Shown here: one piece after another, positions 1-10,713 of the stretch | Numbering within the stretch: the first letter of the stretch is position 1 | Layout: each line of letters starts with the position of its first letter | Virus record (IMG/VR): IMGVR_UViG_3300015607_004160 | Length of the DNA: 64,000 nt | Reading direction: 5' to 3' (one strand) | Source of the DNA: a virus | Taxonomy: Duplodnaviria > Caudoviricetes | The notes under the pieces: model-generated | What the model saw: only the letters and a program-made list of their open reading frames with translations | What the model was told of the DNA's origin: nothing | Database searches by the model: none | Program-made: the position numbers and the translations under genes

Positions 1-817
1 TGCATGGAGTCTGATATCTTTTCTAGTTGCCACTCATTTATAAATCCATTTCTATAGGCAACTTCTTCTATACATCCTATTTTATTACCTTGACGCTTTT
101 CAATCACACGAACAAATTCACTAGCATCACTTAAAGAATCAAATGTTCCAGTATCTAACCAAGCAGTGCCTCTATCTAAAACCGATACTTTTAATTTACC
201 TTGTTGTAAATACGCCTTATTAACATCTGTTATTTCATATTCACCTCTTGCAGATGGCTCAAGATTTTTTGCAATCTCAATTACACTATTATCATAAAAA
301 TATAAACCAGGAACAGCATAATTAGATTTTGGCTTTTTTGGCTTTTCCTCAATAGACTTAACCTTCATATTTTTATCAAAATCAACCACCCCATATCTTT
401 GTGGATCGGAAACATGATAGGCAAAAACGCATCCACCATCAACATCAGTTAGTTTTTTTAATTGGCCTTCCATTTCTGCACCATAGAAAATATTATCACC
501 TAATATTAAAGCAACACTATCACTACCTATGAATGATTCACCAATAGTAAAAGCATGAGCTAATCCATCTGGCACATGCTGAATAGCATATTCAAATTTA
601 CATCCCAATTGACTACCATCACCTAATAATCTTTTGAAGTTTTCATTATCTTGTGGTGTAGTTTAATAAGTATCTCACGAATACCCGCCATCATCAATGT
701 AGATAATGGGTAATATATCATTGGCTTATCATAAATAGGCATTAATTGCTTACTTATTGCCATTGTTATGGGATAAAGCCTGGTGCCACTACCTGCAGCA
801 AGTATAATTCCTTTCAT
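1..817 (-). pseudogene. rfbA: Glucose-1-phosphate thymidylyltransferase; 1-bp frameshift near 664 (likely sequencing indel); runs off window start
   Basis: [35 protein letters not shown]; the shifted frame continues [62 protein letters not shown]. Confidence 0.9.
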
Positions 818-1926
818 TATTTTTTAAATTCTGTTTTATCATTTGATATGTAAAAGTTATCGAATTTGTAATGTTTATCATAGATATCTCTTATTTGTTT
901 AAATGTTACATCTTCAATAATATCACTAACTGAAAATTCTTTTGGATCGATCCACTTTCTTACACTCATGTATCGGTTAATCTTTTCTTTTTTCTTTTGT
1001 ATAATGTATCCTTCTTTAATTGTATCAAATCTTTCCTTTAGTAAATATTTGCTAGGATTGTTGATAATTTTCTTCACACAATCCACAACTTGTTCTACAT
1101 TCTTATTAGAAGTTTGTGTAGAAATAGCCGATAATCCTTGCTTATTTACTCTAGATAGATAGCAATGAACATAATAAACAAGACCTCTCTTTTCTCTAAT
1201 TTCACTATAAAGTGGAGATTGCAATCCACCACCGATCATTTCATTAATAATTTTGATGTAACCAAAATCTTCATTAATAACAGGAGATAAAATTGAGATA
1301 GATGTCTTGTCCTTAAAATCATTATTTAACTCTAAAGGAACATCATGACTACCGTATTCTAACTTCTTATCAATTTTTAAATCAGAAAATACGACACCAT
1401 CATGTTTAAATTTTTTCTTATTTGATACGTTAATGATCTTTGTTGGATTCATATATTGTAATTCAAAAAATTTGATACAATCCATGAATTTTAAATTTTC
1501 TAGATCGGATCTTAATCCAATTGCATCATAATCACCAAATAATTTTCTCGACAAATTCAACATATGTGAGTTTGTCTGGTCATTAAATGTGTCTGAGTAT
1601 TCTTCAAGAATAATTTGCCTTTCATTTTCAAATTGCTTCTTAGTAATATTAAACTCAGCCATTCTATCTACTAAGATAGTTCTATATTTAGATAAGTTTT
1701 CTTCTAATCCTGTAAAATAAAAAACGATTTCATTAGAAGATGTATAAGCGTTCCAATCAATTCCTTCCCTATCAAAATCATCTCTAAGATCATCAAACAA
1801 TTTACACATTAGATGTTCCATAAGATGACTAATTCCATACCATCCTGGTTTTTCAATATTAGTTGATCCCTCATAGACAATATAAAATCCAGAAAAATCT
1901 GTTGGGCTTTTTAAATTTATAATCAT
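817..1926 (-). CDS. M16 family (insulinase-like) zinc peptidase
   Basis: Inverted HxxEH motif (SHLMEHL), WNAYTS, C-terminal [15 protein letters not shown]. Confidence 0.85.
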   Translation of the reverse strand: MIINLKSPTDFSGFYIVYEGSTNIEKPGWYGISHLMEHLMCKLFDDLRDDFDREGIDWNAYTSSNEIVFYFTGLEENLSKYRTILVDRMAEFNITKKQFENERQIILEEYSDTFNDQTNSHMLNLSRKLFGDYDAIGLRSDLENLKFMDCIKFFELQYMNPTKIINVSNKKKFKHDGVVFSDLKIDKKLEYGSHDVPLELNNDFKDKTSISILSPVINEDFGYIKIINEMIGGGLQSPLYSEIREKRGLVYYVHCYLSRVNKQGLSAISTQTSNKNVEQVVDCVKKIINNPSKYLLKERFDTIKEGYIIQKKKEKINRYMSVRKWIDPKEFSVSDIIEDVTFKQIRDIYDKHYKFDNFYISNDKTEFKK

Positions 1927-1947
1927 AAAAAAATATATTTTGTTTTT

Positions 1948-1973
1948 TATAGTCCTAAATTTAAAAATTGTTT
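1948..1973 (-). promoter_or_regulatory. Putative middle-class promoter AAAC-N18-TATA
   Basis: Same arrangement recurs upstream of primase, topoisomerase and RNase H genes. Confidence 0.4.
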
Positions 1974-2019
1974 ACTTAAAAAATTAGATACAGAAACTAC
2001 ATATGTTTATATATAACAT

Positions 2020-2799
2020 ATGGAAAAATGGTATGTATATAAACACATAAGAATAGATAAAAATCAAGTTTTTTATATTGGAATAGGATCATCTCCGAAT
2101 TTTGCAAGAGCTTATAGTAAAGATGACAGAAATGATATATGGAAAAAAATAACAAATAAAACGGATTACAAGGTTGAAATTTTATATGAAAATATTTCAT
2201 TTGATGATGCAAAAGATAAAGAAATTCAACTTATTAAAGAATATGGAAAAATTAAAAATGGTGGAACCTTATCCAATATGACAGATGGGGGTGATGGTAT
2301 ATCTGGTTATATACATACGGATGAAACAAAAAAAGTTATAAAAGAAAAAAGAAAATATCAAGTTTTTTCACAAGAAACAAAAGATATATGGTCCAAAAAT
2401 AGAATGGGTAACAAAAAGGCTTTTGGTAAAAAACACTCACCTGAAAAAAATAAAAATAAATCAATAAATCAAAGAGGTAAATTTGGTGGAATAATAATTA
2501 GGACAGATGAAAAAGGAAACTCCATAGAATTCATGGGAATAAAAAATGCTGCTGAATCAATAGGTGTAAGTTATAAAGATATATGGTATGCTTGTATTAA
2601 AAGACACGGTAAGATATATAAAGGATTCTATTGGATGTATAAAGATACAAGGCAACTAAAAAACAATGATGTAATAACAGAAGAATTCTTATATCAAGAG
2701 TATGTTGTTGGTAAAAAATCTGGTGATAAGATAGGAAAGGAATTAAATTGTTCCGGAAATAAAATATATAGACTATTAAAGAAATATAACCTAATGTGA
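2020..2799 (+). CDS. GIY-YIG-type homing endonuclease with NUMOD3/HTH DNA-binding tail
   Basis: YVYKH..FYIGIG..R..E..N catalytic pattern, GYIHTDETKK and GKKHSPE NUMOD-like motifs. Confidence 0.75.
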   Translation: MEKWYVYKHIRIDKNQVFYIGIGSSPNFARAYSKDDRNDIWKKITNKTDYKVEILYENISFDDAKDKEIQLIKEYGKIKNGGTLSNMTDGGDGISGYIHTDETKKVIKEKRKYQVFSQETKDIWSKNRMGNKKAFGKKHSPEKNKNKSINQRGKFGGIIIRTDEKGNSIEFMGIKNAAESIGVSYKDIWYACIKRHGKIYKGFYWMYKDTRQLKNNDVITEEFLYQEYVVGKKSGDKIGKELNCSGNKIYRLLKKYNLM

Positions 2800-3587
2800 T
2801 TAAAATAAAATATTTAGAATTTTTAAAAGAACACAAATTTTGGGGCAAATCTATTTCAGAATTTTTAAGTTGGTTAGATTCAAAATCTAACAAATATTTC
2901 ACAATTTTAGATTGTGAAAGCACAGGATTGCCAAGTGATCCATATGATATACAATTAACACAAGTTTCTTGCTTAGTTGTAAAATATAATTCTAAAACAA
3001 ATACATTCGAAGAGATTGATTCCTTTGATAAAAAAATTAAATTAACATCAGATACTATTTCACTGATGAAGAATCCTAATTCCAGGATAGCAAAAGTTTT
3101 ATCATTTAATCACTATGGTAAATCTGGATTAAAATATCATGAAGAAAAGAATGTACTATCTGAGTTTTTTGATTTTATTTCACAATATGACAGGCCGATG
3201 TTAGTAATTCAAAATGCTGAATTTGATATGAGGTACCTTAATATTAGAAATCCAATAGTCAAATTTGATAATGAGGTTTTAGATACAAAACAAGTTTTAC
3301 AACTATTTTATTTACCAACTTTACAGAAATTGGCTGAAACAGATGAACAAAGTGCTAACACAGTTAGTAAAATTGGAACATCCGAGAGAGATAATGGACT
3401 AATTTCTTCATCTATGGGTAAAATCGGCCCAGCACTTGGTATTAATATGACAGGATACCATGATGCACTTACTGATTGTAGATTGGCAATGCAGATGCTA
3501 CAAAAAATAGTTGATTTCTTAAAAGAGAATAAAGAAGTTGATATAAAGAAATATCAAGGTGAAAGAATAAATACTAAGAGACAGTAG
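2796..3587 (+). CDS. DEDDh 3'-5' exonuclease (N-tag-like start MIKIKYLEFLKE)
   Basis: LDCESTG, QNAEFD, HDALTD motifs. Confidence 0.8.
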   Translation: MIKIKYLEFLKEHKFWGKSISEFLSWLDSKSNKYFTILDCESTGLPSDPYDIQLTQVSCLVVKYNSKTNTFEEIDSFDKKIKLTSDTISLMKNPNSRIAKVLSFNHYGKSGLKYHEEKNVLSEFFDFISQYDRPMLVIQNAEFDMRYLNIRNPIVKFDNEVLDTKQVLQLFYLPTLQKLAETDEQSANTVSKIGTSERDNGLISSSMGKIGPALGINMTGYHDALTDCRLAMQMLQKIVDFLKENKEVDIKKYQGERINTKRQ

Positions 3588-4434
3588 CTTTAATATCACC
3601 TGTAGTAACAACTATAGCTTTTAATTCAAATTTTAATAACATATTTACTATAATATCATCAAATTGACTTTGAGATAATGAGAGTAATTTTTCCTTCTCT
3701 ATAGGTGTGCCATGTCTTTCGCTAGAATATAAAGATCTTCTAGAAGGTGATAATTCTTTTAATTCACTAAATAGATTATCAGAGTCAATGTATATCTCAT
3801 TAATATCTTTATCAAAAAAGAAGTTTTTTATTATTTTTTCTTTTTGTTCTTCAGTAAAATCTAAACTATACATACTAGTTACTCTGCCGAAGATACATAA
3901 ATGAATGTATTTAAAAGATGTTAAAATAAAATCTTTAATACTTTTCATATTTTGTAAAATAGCTAACTTGCCATATCTAGTTTTATGCCATCCATATGAA
4001 AATCTAATAACAAATTCATTGATCTCTGGATCCGGGTCATCCATTTGGCGAAGATCCCATTCATATCCTTGTAAAGGAAACTCTTCATTTGTTATCTTAT
4101 ATAAATAATAATCAATAGCTGCTGTTCTACTAATATTTTCCCTTTCTATTTTTTCTGTGAAATTTGAAACACCATCAACCAACTGATTAACATTTTCTAA
4201 GTCCCATCCATTTTCAGACATATATTCATTTATCTCACTAAAATCTATCTCTGGGTCTAAATCACCTCTATTTTCTTGAGAAACATAACTATAACTACTA
4301 TATGCTCTACTATTTGAATTATGACTAAGGTAATCTTGGCAATCTATTAAAGTTTCACAAAAAATTTTGAAAGCTCTTTCACTAGATAACTTAATAGTAA
4401 TACTCTCAAAGAAAGATTGGTATTTTTTAATCAT
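3574..4434 (-). CDS. Hypothetical protein with N-terminal tag (MIKKYQSFFES)
   Basis: 286-aa ORF with TAATATATA 4 nt upstream. Confidence 0.7.
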   Translation of the reverse strand: MIKKYQSFFESITIKLSSERAFKIFCETLIDCQDYLSHNSNSRAYSSYSYVSQENRGDLDPEIDFSEINEYMSENGWDLENVNQLVDGVSNFTEKIERENISRTAAIDYYLYKITNEEFPLQGYEWDLRQMDDPDPEINEFVIRFSYGWHKTRYGKLAILQNMKSIKDFILTSFKYIHLCIFGRVTSMYSLDFTEEQKEKIIKNFFFDKDINEIYIDSDNLFSELKELSPSRRSLYSSERHGTPIEKEKLLSLSQSQFDDIIVNMLLKFELKAIVVTTGDIKATVS

Positions 4435-4438
4435 ATTC

Positions 4439-4447
4439 TATATATTA
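4439..4447 (-). promoter_or_regulatory. Putative late promoter TAATATATA
   Basis: Recurrent motif just upstream of N-tagged genes; analogous to T4 TATAAATA. Confidence 0.6.
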
Positions 4448-4448
4448 A

Positions 4449-5405
4449 TTAAAACTTTCTGTTTTTTAAATATTTAATAAAATTAAAATTATCTTCTAGA
4501 TTATCAATCATATTCATAGTTATTCTTATATCCGCTATATCATTTAAACCCAAACCATTTTGAAAAATGTGTTCCGAAGCATCTTTTGAATGATTACTAA
4601 TAACAGTTTTGTTGTGAATACCACTTACATTAAAAAATTTATGTAAAATTAACCCAGTTTTTAAACCAACATTATCATTATCACAAAAGATAACAATTGA
4701 TTTTGGCTTCTTTTCTAATAATTTATATAACTGAATACCTGACCACATTGCACTTGATACAGAGGCAGATTTTAATCCAATGCTCCTAAGTGCCATCATA
4801 TCAAATAACCCCTCTGTTATCCAAACTTCCTCACCTGAAATATCATCTAACCCCCATACATCAATATCAGGACATGAAAGTGAATATTTTAACTTACCTA
4901 TATCTGATAACTTCCTGATTGCACAATTTATTAATTTATCATTTTTAAATAATGGAATTATTATACCCCCTCCTTCTATTCCATCTTCTAGAATAGGCTT
5001 TAGAACCGGATGACAAGTGGCGTTTAAAACTTCTAAATCTTTATAATCGGTAATTGATGATAATCCACCTATATACCATTGATCTATGATATTTTGTTTT
5101 ATTCCTCTATTTAGAAGATATTCTAGTTCTGTGCCAGACAAATTTAGATGAGATGATTTAACTACATTAGTTAAATTTTGTATGGCAATAGGTGTTACAT
5201 TAATGTCTTCACAATTTTCATCTACTTCATCTCTATTAATTTCAACAAATTTTTGACTATTAAATATTTTCTTATAGTGGTCTAATTTATTCTCAATATC
5301 GTTAAGCTTAAATGCATCTATATTGGTAGGAATGAAGTTTTTAACAACTCCATTGACACTTCTATTATTATAAAGTATAAATGATAATTCCTCTATTGTG
5401 TACAT
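4449..5405 (-). CDS. TOPRIM-domain primase-like protein lacking an N-terminal zinc finger
   Basis: YLLNRGI, IIIPLF, WITEGLFDMMAL, IFCDNDNVG, KDASE. Confidence 0.75.
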   Translation of the reverse strand: MYTIEELSFILYNNRSVNGVVKNFIPTNIDAFKLNDIENKLDHYKKIFNSQKFVEINRDEVDENCEDINVTPIAIQNLTNVVKSSHLNLSGTELEYLLNRGIKQNIIDQWYIGGLSSITDYKDLEVLNATCHPVLKPILEDGIEGGGIIIPLFKNDKLINCAIRKLSDIGKLKYSLSCPDIDVWGLDDISGEEVWITEGLFDMMALRSIGLKSASVSSAMWSGIQLYKLLEKKPKSIVIFCDNDNVGLKTGLILHKFFNVSGIHNKTVISNHSKDASEHIFQNGLGLNDIADIRITMNMIDNLEDNFNFIKYLKNRKF

Positions 5406-5435
5406 AATAGTGATATAAAATATAATTATGTATGT

Positions 5436-5996
5436 TTATTGAATTGTAATTTTTAATTGACTTTCTCCCTTATTAATGTATTCACTATCTGATACAAATA
5501 TTTCCTTTTTTGTGAAATTTTTTAAACGATTAATGATATGTATAGAATTAGTAAGTAACTTAGCATACTCTGGAATATTTATATAATTTTTAATAAAAAT
5601 ATTCATTGATTGATCTCTAAATTCGTATTCAATTTCATACCCCTCATCTAAATAACTCAACAGGCAATCTTCCATTTCATAAAATCTAGGAAATCCTTCC
5701 ATTGCTACACTTATTAATTGAAATAATTGTATTAAGGTTTCTCTTAATTTATAATAAATTCCATCCTCTTCTAATTTACCCTTTACCTCTTTGTAGATTT
5801 TATCAATATTATCTTCTTCCAACTCTATAGATAGCCCAATTTCAGGTAAAATAAGTTCTATCTTTCCTATATTTAGTAATATGTCAGACTGAATATTAAC
5901 AGAAAACCACCTAAACGATAAAACTTCCTTTATCATATCCCTTGTTATAAGTTCTTGATTTTCAGACTCATTAAATTTACTCCACTTTAGTATCAT
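5436..5996 (-). CDS. Hypothetical protein with N-terminal tag (MILKWSKFNES)
   Basis: 186-aa ORF; TAATATATA at 6001-6009. Confidence 0.7.
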   Translation of the reverse strand: MILKWSKFNESENQELITRDMIKEVLSFRWFSVNIQSDILLNIGKIELILPEIGLSIELEEDNIDKIYKEVKGKLEEDGIYYKLRETLIQLFQLISVAMEGFPRFYEMEDCLLSYLDEGYEIEYEFRDQSMNIFIKNYINIPEYAKLLTNSIHIINRLKNFTKKEIFVSDSEYINKGESQLKITIQ

Positions 5997-6000
5997 ATAC

Positions 6001-6009
6001 TATATATTA
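6001..6009 (-). promoter_or_regulatory. Putative late promoter TAATATATA
   Basis: 4 nt upstream of ATG 5996. Confidence 0.6.
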
Positions 6010-6011
6010 AT

Positions 6012-6043
6012 TTTGTTTATTTAGGAAATATTTCGTATCTTTG
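6012..6043 (+). promoter_or_regulatory. Bacteroidota sigma-70-type (early) promoter
   Basis: TTTG (6012-6015), 20-nt spacer, TATCTTTG (6036-6043). Confidence 0.75.
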
Positions 6044-6060
6044 TGTATAAATTATTGACT

Positions 6061-6687
6061 ATGATTAAAGTAGGATTAACAGGTAATGTTTGCTCAGGAT
6101 ATGAGAAAGTAGGATTACACTTTAAATCACTCGGTGTTCCTGTTTTTGATGCGGATATTGCATTAAAATTTCTGATCAACTACCGTGAGGATATTATCCG
6201 TAATATTAAAATTCAATTCGGTGAAGGTATTTATGAAAAAGGTGCCATCAATCCAAATAAATTTAATACAACTGAAAAATTTGATAGATTAATTTCTGTT
6301 GCTGAATTAGAACTGATGCGTCTTTATGAGTCTTGGAGATTTTATAATAAAGATGCTTCATATACAATTTTCAAATCAAGTATTCTTTTTGAAAGAAAAT
6401 TAAATGATAGCATGAACTACATCATTTCTACTTTTAGACCAAGGGACGAAAGAGCCTTAAGCTTAACAAAACTTGGTATGAAAATGGCTGAAGCATACGA
6501 TGTTGTTGAATCTGAAATGGACGAACTTTTAAAGAATCAACGATCAGAATGGATTATTCATAACTATAGTGATTCATTATCATTGATTAGCCAAGTTAAA
6601 CAAATACACGAAAAAATTGAAGCAAAGTCTATTAAAAAGCTTCTAGATAATGCAGATTTTGGAACAGTTAGGAATATTTTTACTTAA
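6061..6687 (+). CDS. coaE: Dephospho-CoA kinase-like protein with degenerate P-loop
   Basis: MIKVGLTGNVCSGYEKV..GVPVFDAD..ILFE..IIHN; Walker A lysine replaced. Confidence 0.7.
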   Translation: MIKVGLTGNVCSGYEKVGLHFKSLGVPVFDADIALKFLINYREDIIRNIKIQFGEGIYEKGAINPNKFNTTEKFDRLISVAELELMRLYESWRFYNKDASYTIFKSSILFERKLNDSMNYIISTFRPRDERALSLTKLGMKMAEAYDVVESEMDELLKNQRSEWIIHNYSDSLSLISQVKQIHEKIEAKSIKKLLDNADFGTVRNIFT

Positions 6688-6883
6688 CCTTTATCATAAA
6701 GTTTTTGCCTTGAGTGAACTTTTCCTCAAGGCAATCTAATGCTTTAGCGACTATTGCCCTATCTAAGTCATTAAAATGTGGTTTATCAAAGGAAGATTGA
6801 ACTGCACTTATCAATATATTTACTGCAGTTGTGGGGTCAATATCTTTCTCTAAGATATCTTTTACCTCTTGAAGTTTATCCAT
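6680..6883 (-). CDS. Hypothetical protein
   Basis: Short ORF from MDKLQ with TGATATATA upstream. Confidence 0.6.
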   Translation of the reverse strand: MDKLQEVKDILEKDIDPTTAVNILISAVQSSFDKPHFNDLDRAIVAKALDCLEEKFTQGKNFMIKVK

Positions 6884-6903
6884 ATTATTATATATCAACA
6901 TTT

Positions 6904-6935
6904 TTTGTTTGTTTTTAAATAATTTTGTATCTTTG
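6904..6935 (+). promoter_or_regulatory. Bacteroidota-type (early) promoter
   Basis: TTTG, 20-nt spacer, TATCTTTG (6928-6935), 5 nt before ATG 6941. Confidence 0.75.
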
Positions 6936-6940
6936 TAATT

Positions 6941-7498
6941 ATGATTAAAGACTTTACAGGAAAAATCTACTCAATTAATGGGACTAATGATACAGGTGTA
7001 ACTAGTTTGAATGAACTATTAGTTACTATAACCTTTATCTTATATAAGCCCGGAACACAAAAACTCGCACTTGTAAAAGCAATTAAATTCGTTACAGGAT
7101 TAGGATTGAAAGATTCTAAAGATATTGTGGATGAATCATCAGATCATCCTGTTATGTTTAGGCAAAGGCTAACTTTAGGTCAACTTGATGAATTTAGAAA
7201 TAATCTATCAAGTACAGATGCTGAGTATGATTTGGATGATCGTGAAAGAATTCGTAATAAAAAGCTAATTGATTTAGGAGTTTGTGATAAATCAGACTTA
7301 GTTGAAGAATTGACCAATATGAATATACAAAAAGTATTCATTGGTGGATTTTCTACAAATAAATTACGCGATATCCTCATGGAAGCATATTCACACATTG
7401 ATGAGGATAAATTAATGGAAATTTACAGTAATTTCGAATATGATAATGATCACTTTAAAACTTATAATACTTATAACCCACCACTAAAACTTGATTAA
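6941..7498 (+). CDS. Ribosomal protein L7/L12 C-terminal-domain-containing protein
   Basis: QKLALVKAIKFVTGLGLKDSKDIVD matches bL12 CTD K..VIK.VR..TGLGLKEAK.LV. Confidence 0.75.
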   Translation: MIKDFTGKIYSINGTNDTGVTSLNELLVTITFILYKPGTQKLALVKAIKFVTGLGLKDSKDIVDESSDHPVMFRQRLTLGQLDEFRNNLSSTDAEYDLDDRERIRNKKLIDLGVCDKSDLVEELTNMNIQKVFIGGFSTNKLRDILMEAYSHIDEDKLMEIYSNFEYDNDHFKTYNTYNPPLKLD

Positions 7499-7501
7499 TA
7501 T

Positions 7502-8236
7502 ATGAAAGTACTTTGTATTAAAAATAACTCTAAGTTAGTTAAAGGGGCTACTTATGATGTCTTATCTATAAATACCCTTCAGCCAACAAACGGACCAACT
7601 GTTAGAACATCTGTTGGACTTTTTAGTGCTAACTACTTTAAATCAGTAGATAATAGCGACCTACCACAGATAAATTGGGAATCACCAGAATACACAAATA
7701 GTAAAAATGAAAATTCATCCTATATTAAAGACGTAAGAGGTCTCAAAAAAGGTGATATTGTAGTTTGTAAATGGGGGAGCAGTAAATTTTTTGAAAAGGG
7801 TAAGATGTATAAAATTAGTGATATTTTATACAAAGTAGAACAAAAAACAAACTATAACGGGCAACCATATAATAACATTGAGCAAAAAATAAAAATTGAG
7901 GGATATAACAGATGGTTAATGATTTATCGCTTTAGGGAATGTAACGCTCAAGAAAAAAGAAATATATCATTGAGTGGATTATTTGATGAAGAAGTAAAAA
8001 CCGTTGACTTAACAACCATCAAAAAATCAAGAAAAATTGACCGATTAGAAGATAGTGAAAAAAATCGTGTATTGCTATCTACACTTTTATCAGGTATTGT
8101 AGATCCATCTAGAAACACCTTATCAGCAACTGAGTGGGCGGCTCAAAAGAAGGGTAAAAATTATGATATAACCGAAAAAGATTTTAAACCATTACTTAAT
8201 AAAAAATTAAGTGATATAATTAAAATGTTTGATTAA
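7502..8236 (+). CDS. Hypothetical protein
   Basis: 244-aa ORF in operon with the L7/L12-domain gene. Confidence 0.7.
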   Translation: MKVLCIKNNSKLVKGATYDVLSINTLQPTNGPTVRTSVGLFSANYFKSVDNSDLPQINWESPEYTNSKNENSSYIKDVRGLKKGDIVVCKWGSSKFFEKGKMYKISDILYKVEQKTNYNGQPYNNIEQKIKIEGYNRWLMIYRFRECNAQEKRNISLSGLFDEEVKTVDLTTIKKSRKIDRLEDSEKNRVLLSTLLSGIVDPSRNTLSATEWAAQKKGKNYDITEKDFKPLLNKKLSDIIKMFD

Positions 8237-8296
8237 TGACTTTTGAAAATACATTTTAAAATAAACTATTATCCACCATTTGAATATAAAACCTCA

Positions 8297-9037
8297 ATGG
8301 TGGATTTTATTTTAGAAAAACTTAATACATACAACGCTGACCCAGGATTTAAATTCGATCCTGTAAGACATCTATACACATACAACGGTGATAAATTCAT
8401 TTCAGTAACACAATTCATTTCTTTATTTCACCAAGATTTTGATGATGATTATTGGTCAAAGTATAAGTCTGAAGAAACTGGCAAGTCACAGGAAGAAATA
8501 TTAGCAGAGTGGAAGATTTTAAATGATAGAGCCAATGTTATTGGATCATCTACACACAATTGGATAGAAAATTACTTCAATAAAGTCTATCAAGAGATTC
8601 CAACAGATATAGATATAGTAGATAGAATAAACAAATTCAATGTTGCTTATGTTAAATATTTATATAAGTTAACCCCAATAAAATTTGAACAACGGATTTT
8701 CTCTAAAAAATGGAAAATAGCCGGAATGATTGATTCCTTATTTCTGTATAAAGATAAGGTTATAATGATAGATTGGAAAACCAATAAACTATTTACAGAT
8801 GATGATCACTACAAAGGTAAATTTGAAAAGTTACTACCACCATTTGATAATTATTGGAAAAATCATTATAATGAATATTCTATTCAAGTTTCATTATATA
8901 GATTGATACTTAGAGAAATTGGCATTGATGTGAAAGCTTGTTATTTACTACATATTGGTCCCGATGGTGAGGCAAAGATGCATACAGCTAGAGACTTCAC
9001 ATCAATATTAGAAACACATTTAAATAGTTTAGTTTAA
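8297..9037 (+). CDS. PD-(D/E)XK (RecB/Cas4-like) exonuclease
   Basis: GSSTH, IAGMIDSLF, IDWKT, QVSLY motifs. Confidence 0.8.
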   Translation: MVDFILEKLNTYNADPGFKFDPVRHLYTYNGDKFISVTQFISLFHQDFDDDYWSKYKSEETGKSQEEILAEWKILNDRANVIGSSTHNWIENYFNKVYQEIPTDIDIVDRINKFNVAYVKYLYKLTPIKFEQRIFSKKWKIAGMIDSLFLYKDKVIMIDWKTNKLFTDDDHYKGKFEKLLPPFDNYWKNHYNEYSIQVSLYRLILREIGIDVKACYLLHIGPDGEAKMHTARDFTSILETHLNSLV

Positions 9038-9558
9038 CGAGAAGTCGTTGTTGTAGTTGTAGTTGTACTAGTTGTGGTTGTTGTAGTTGTAGGGGCATAG
9101 TTTAACAAAAATCCAATTGATGATTGATATTTACTTAATAACGATGCAGTTGGACTTCCAGAAAATGTACTACCAGTTGCGCTAAAAGCTCTCAATTCTA
9201 AAACATTATTATTCGTTTCAGTTTCTATTATTCTGCCTATGTTATATCCATATCGGTAAACATATTGTCCCATTTGAATCACATTTACAGAATCACAAAA
9301 CTTCTTTAAGTCTTCCTGAAATTTTGAATTAGTTTGAAATCTAATCTGATCAAATGTTTTCTTTTTAACATAATCAACATTTGATATATCAATAGTATCA
9401 ATTGAATATTTTCTTAATAATGTATCTTGAAATGTAGAATATAGTCCATCTTTAAAAAGTTCATCAACATACTGATAGTATTCAATTCTACCGAGCTCTC
9501 CTTTTTTAGCAATGGCGTCTATCTTAGAATAGATTTTATTGACTTTTTTAATATTCAT
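9034..9558 (-). CDS. Hypothetical protein with poly-Thr C-terminal tail
   Basis: Ends PTTTTTTTSTTTTTTTTSR. Confidence 0.65.
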   Translation of the reverse strand: MNIKKVNKIYSKIDAIAKKGELGRIEYYQYVDELFKDGLYSTFQDTLLRKYSIDTIDISNVDYVKKKTFDQIRFQTNSKFQEDLKKFCDSVNVIQMGQYVYRYGYNIGRIIETETNNNVLELRAFSATGSTFSGSPTASLLSKYQSSIGFLLNYAPTTTTTTTSTTTTTTTTSR

Positions 9559-9562
9559 CTTA

Positions 9563-10642
9563 TTACTGATTTTGTTCTGGTGTTGGTGTCTTCTCACCCT
9601 CTGGTCTAATTAATGCATCAACTTCAGCTATCTTATCTCTTTGGGCAGTTTGTAAAAAGTCTGTATAATTTTTAACTGCTTTTAGTTTATCCTTATCATT
9701 TTTGATGTTCTTTAAATTATTTGTGATTTCTTCAGCAGTTTTATCCTGCTCTTGTGGAGCAGCACCCAAAATATCTTCATATTTTTTCTTAAAGTTAGTA
9801 CCGTCTTCTGCTTTAAATCCAACATTACCTTGATCATCAAGTGTGTCAATTACTTTAGTTCCGACTCTATCTTTTTGTTCTTCGGGTTTCTTGTTTTCAT
9901 CAAATCCATCCATTTTATACATTACCTTTACCTTCTTATCAAAGAATTCTTTTAATTTTTCATAATTCATTGTAGCAACTTGACCACCTCCTTTTTTAAT
10001 TGCTTCATCATATATTTTCTTCATTTCTTCCTCAGTTAATTCCTTATCTAACTGCATTGACATGTCTTTTTGAAAACTATCAAAGAATTTAAAAGATGTA
10101 TCCTGAGCCACTTTTAATTGTTGTGCATCAGCTTTTCCTTTAACCGCATTATTAATGGCTTCTGTATATTTAGTAGATCCGAATTTATAATTTGGATCTG
10201 ATAATAATCCATAAATTCCTTTCCATCCAGCTTCTTTATTACCAATTAAGATAGATTTGGCAACTGCTGCTGCGGCAGATGATTTTCCCTTATCACCTAT
10301 TGCCGAACCAAAATCTTTTCCTATACCTTCTGCCAATTGAGTTAAACTACTCTTAAATTGTTCCATTATACCGATAACATCTGAAACATTTGTAATATTT
10401 TTATCACGAAGTCCCTTCTGAGCAGAATCAATCGCTTGATTTAAATTACTCATTACAATTCCCTTAATAGAATTTGGATCGTCTTCTTTAAAAGATTTTT
10501 TGATATCATCTACCAAATCCTTAAATGGTGCAGAAAAAGTTTGAAAAAGCTTTCCTAAAGCTCCCTTTACTAACTTTCCAATAAATTCCTCATTTATCAT
10601 TTCATGATTTTTATGAGATTCATATGTTTTGATATATTTCAT
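9563..10642 (-). CDS. Hypothetical protein with N-terminal tag (MKYIKTYES..INEE); candidate internal head protein
   Basis: 359-aa helical ORF; TAATATATA at 10659-10667. Confidence 0.75.
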   Translation of the reverse strand: MKYIKTYESHKNHEMINEEFIGKLVKGALGKLFQTFSAPFKDLVDDIKKSFKEDDPNSIKGIVMSNLNQAIDSAQKGLRDKNITNVSDVIGIMEQFKSSLTQLAEGIGKDFGSAIGDKGKSSAAAAVAKSILIGNKEAGWKGIYGLLSDPNYKFGSTKYTEAINNAVKGKADAQQLKVAQDTSFKFFDSFQKDMSMQLDKELTEEEMKKIYDEAIKKGGGQVATMNYEKLKEFFDKKVKVMYKMDGFDENKKPEEQKDRVGTKVIDTLDDQGNVGFKAEDGTNFKKKYEDILGAAPQEQDKTAEEITNNLKNIKNDKDKLKAVKNYTDFLQTAQRDKIAEVDALIRPEGEKTPTPEQNQ

Positions 10643-10713
10643 TATAGTTTTTTATTTCTATATATTAAAATGAAAAACTACAATTTATAATAATATTTAT
10701 TAAATCATTTTCA

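Noticed and set aside
8297-9037. Cas4 of a CRISPR system
   Set aside because: It lacks the Fe-S cysteine pattern and has no cas neighbours; it is an ordinary phage PD-(D/E)XK nuclease.
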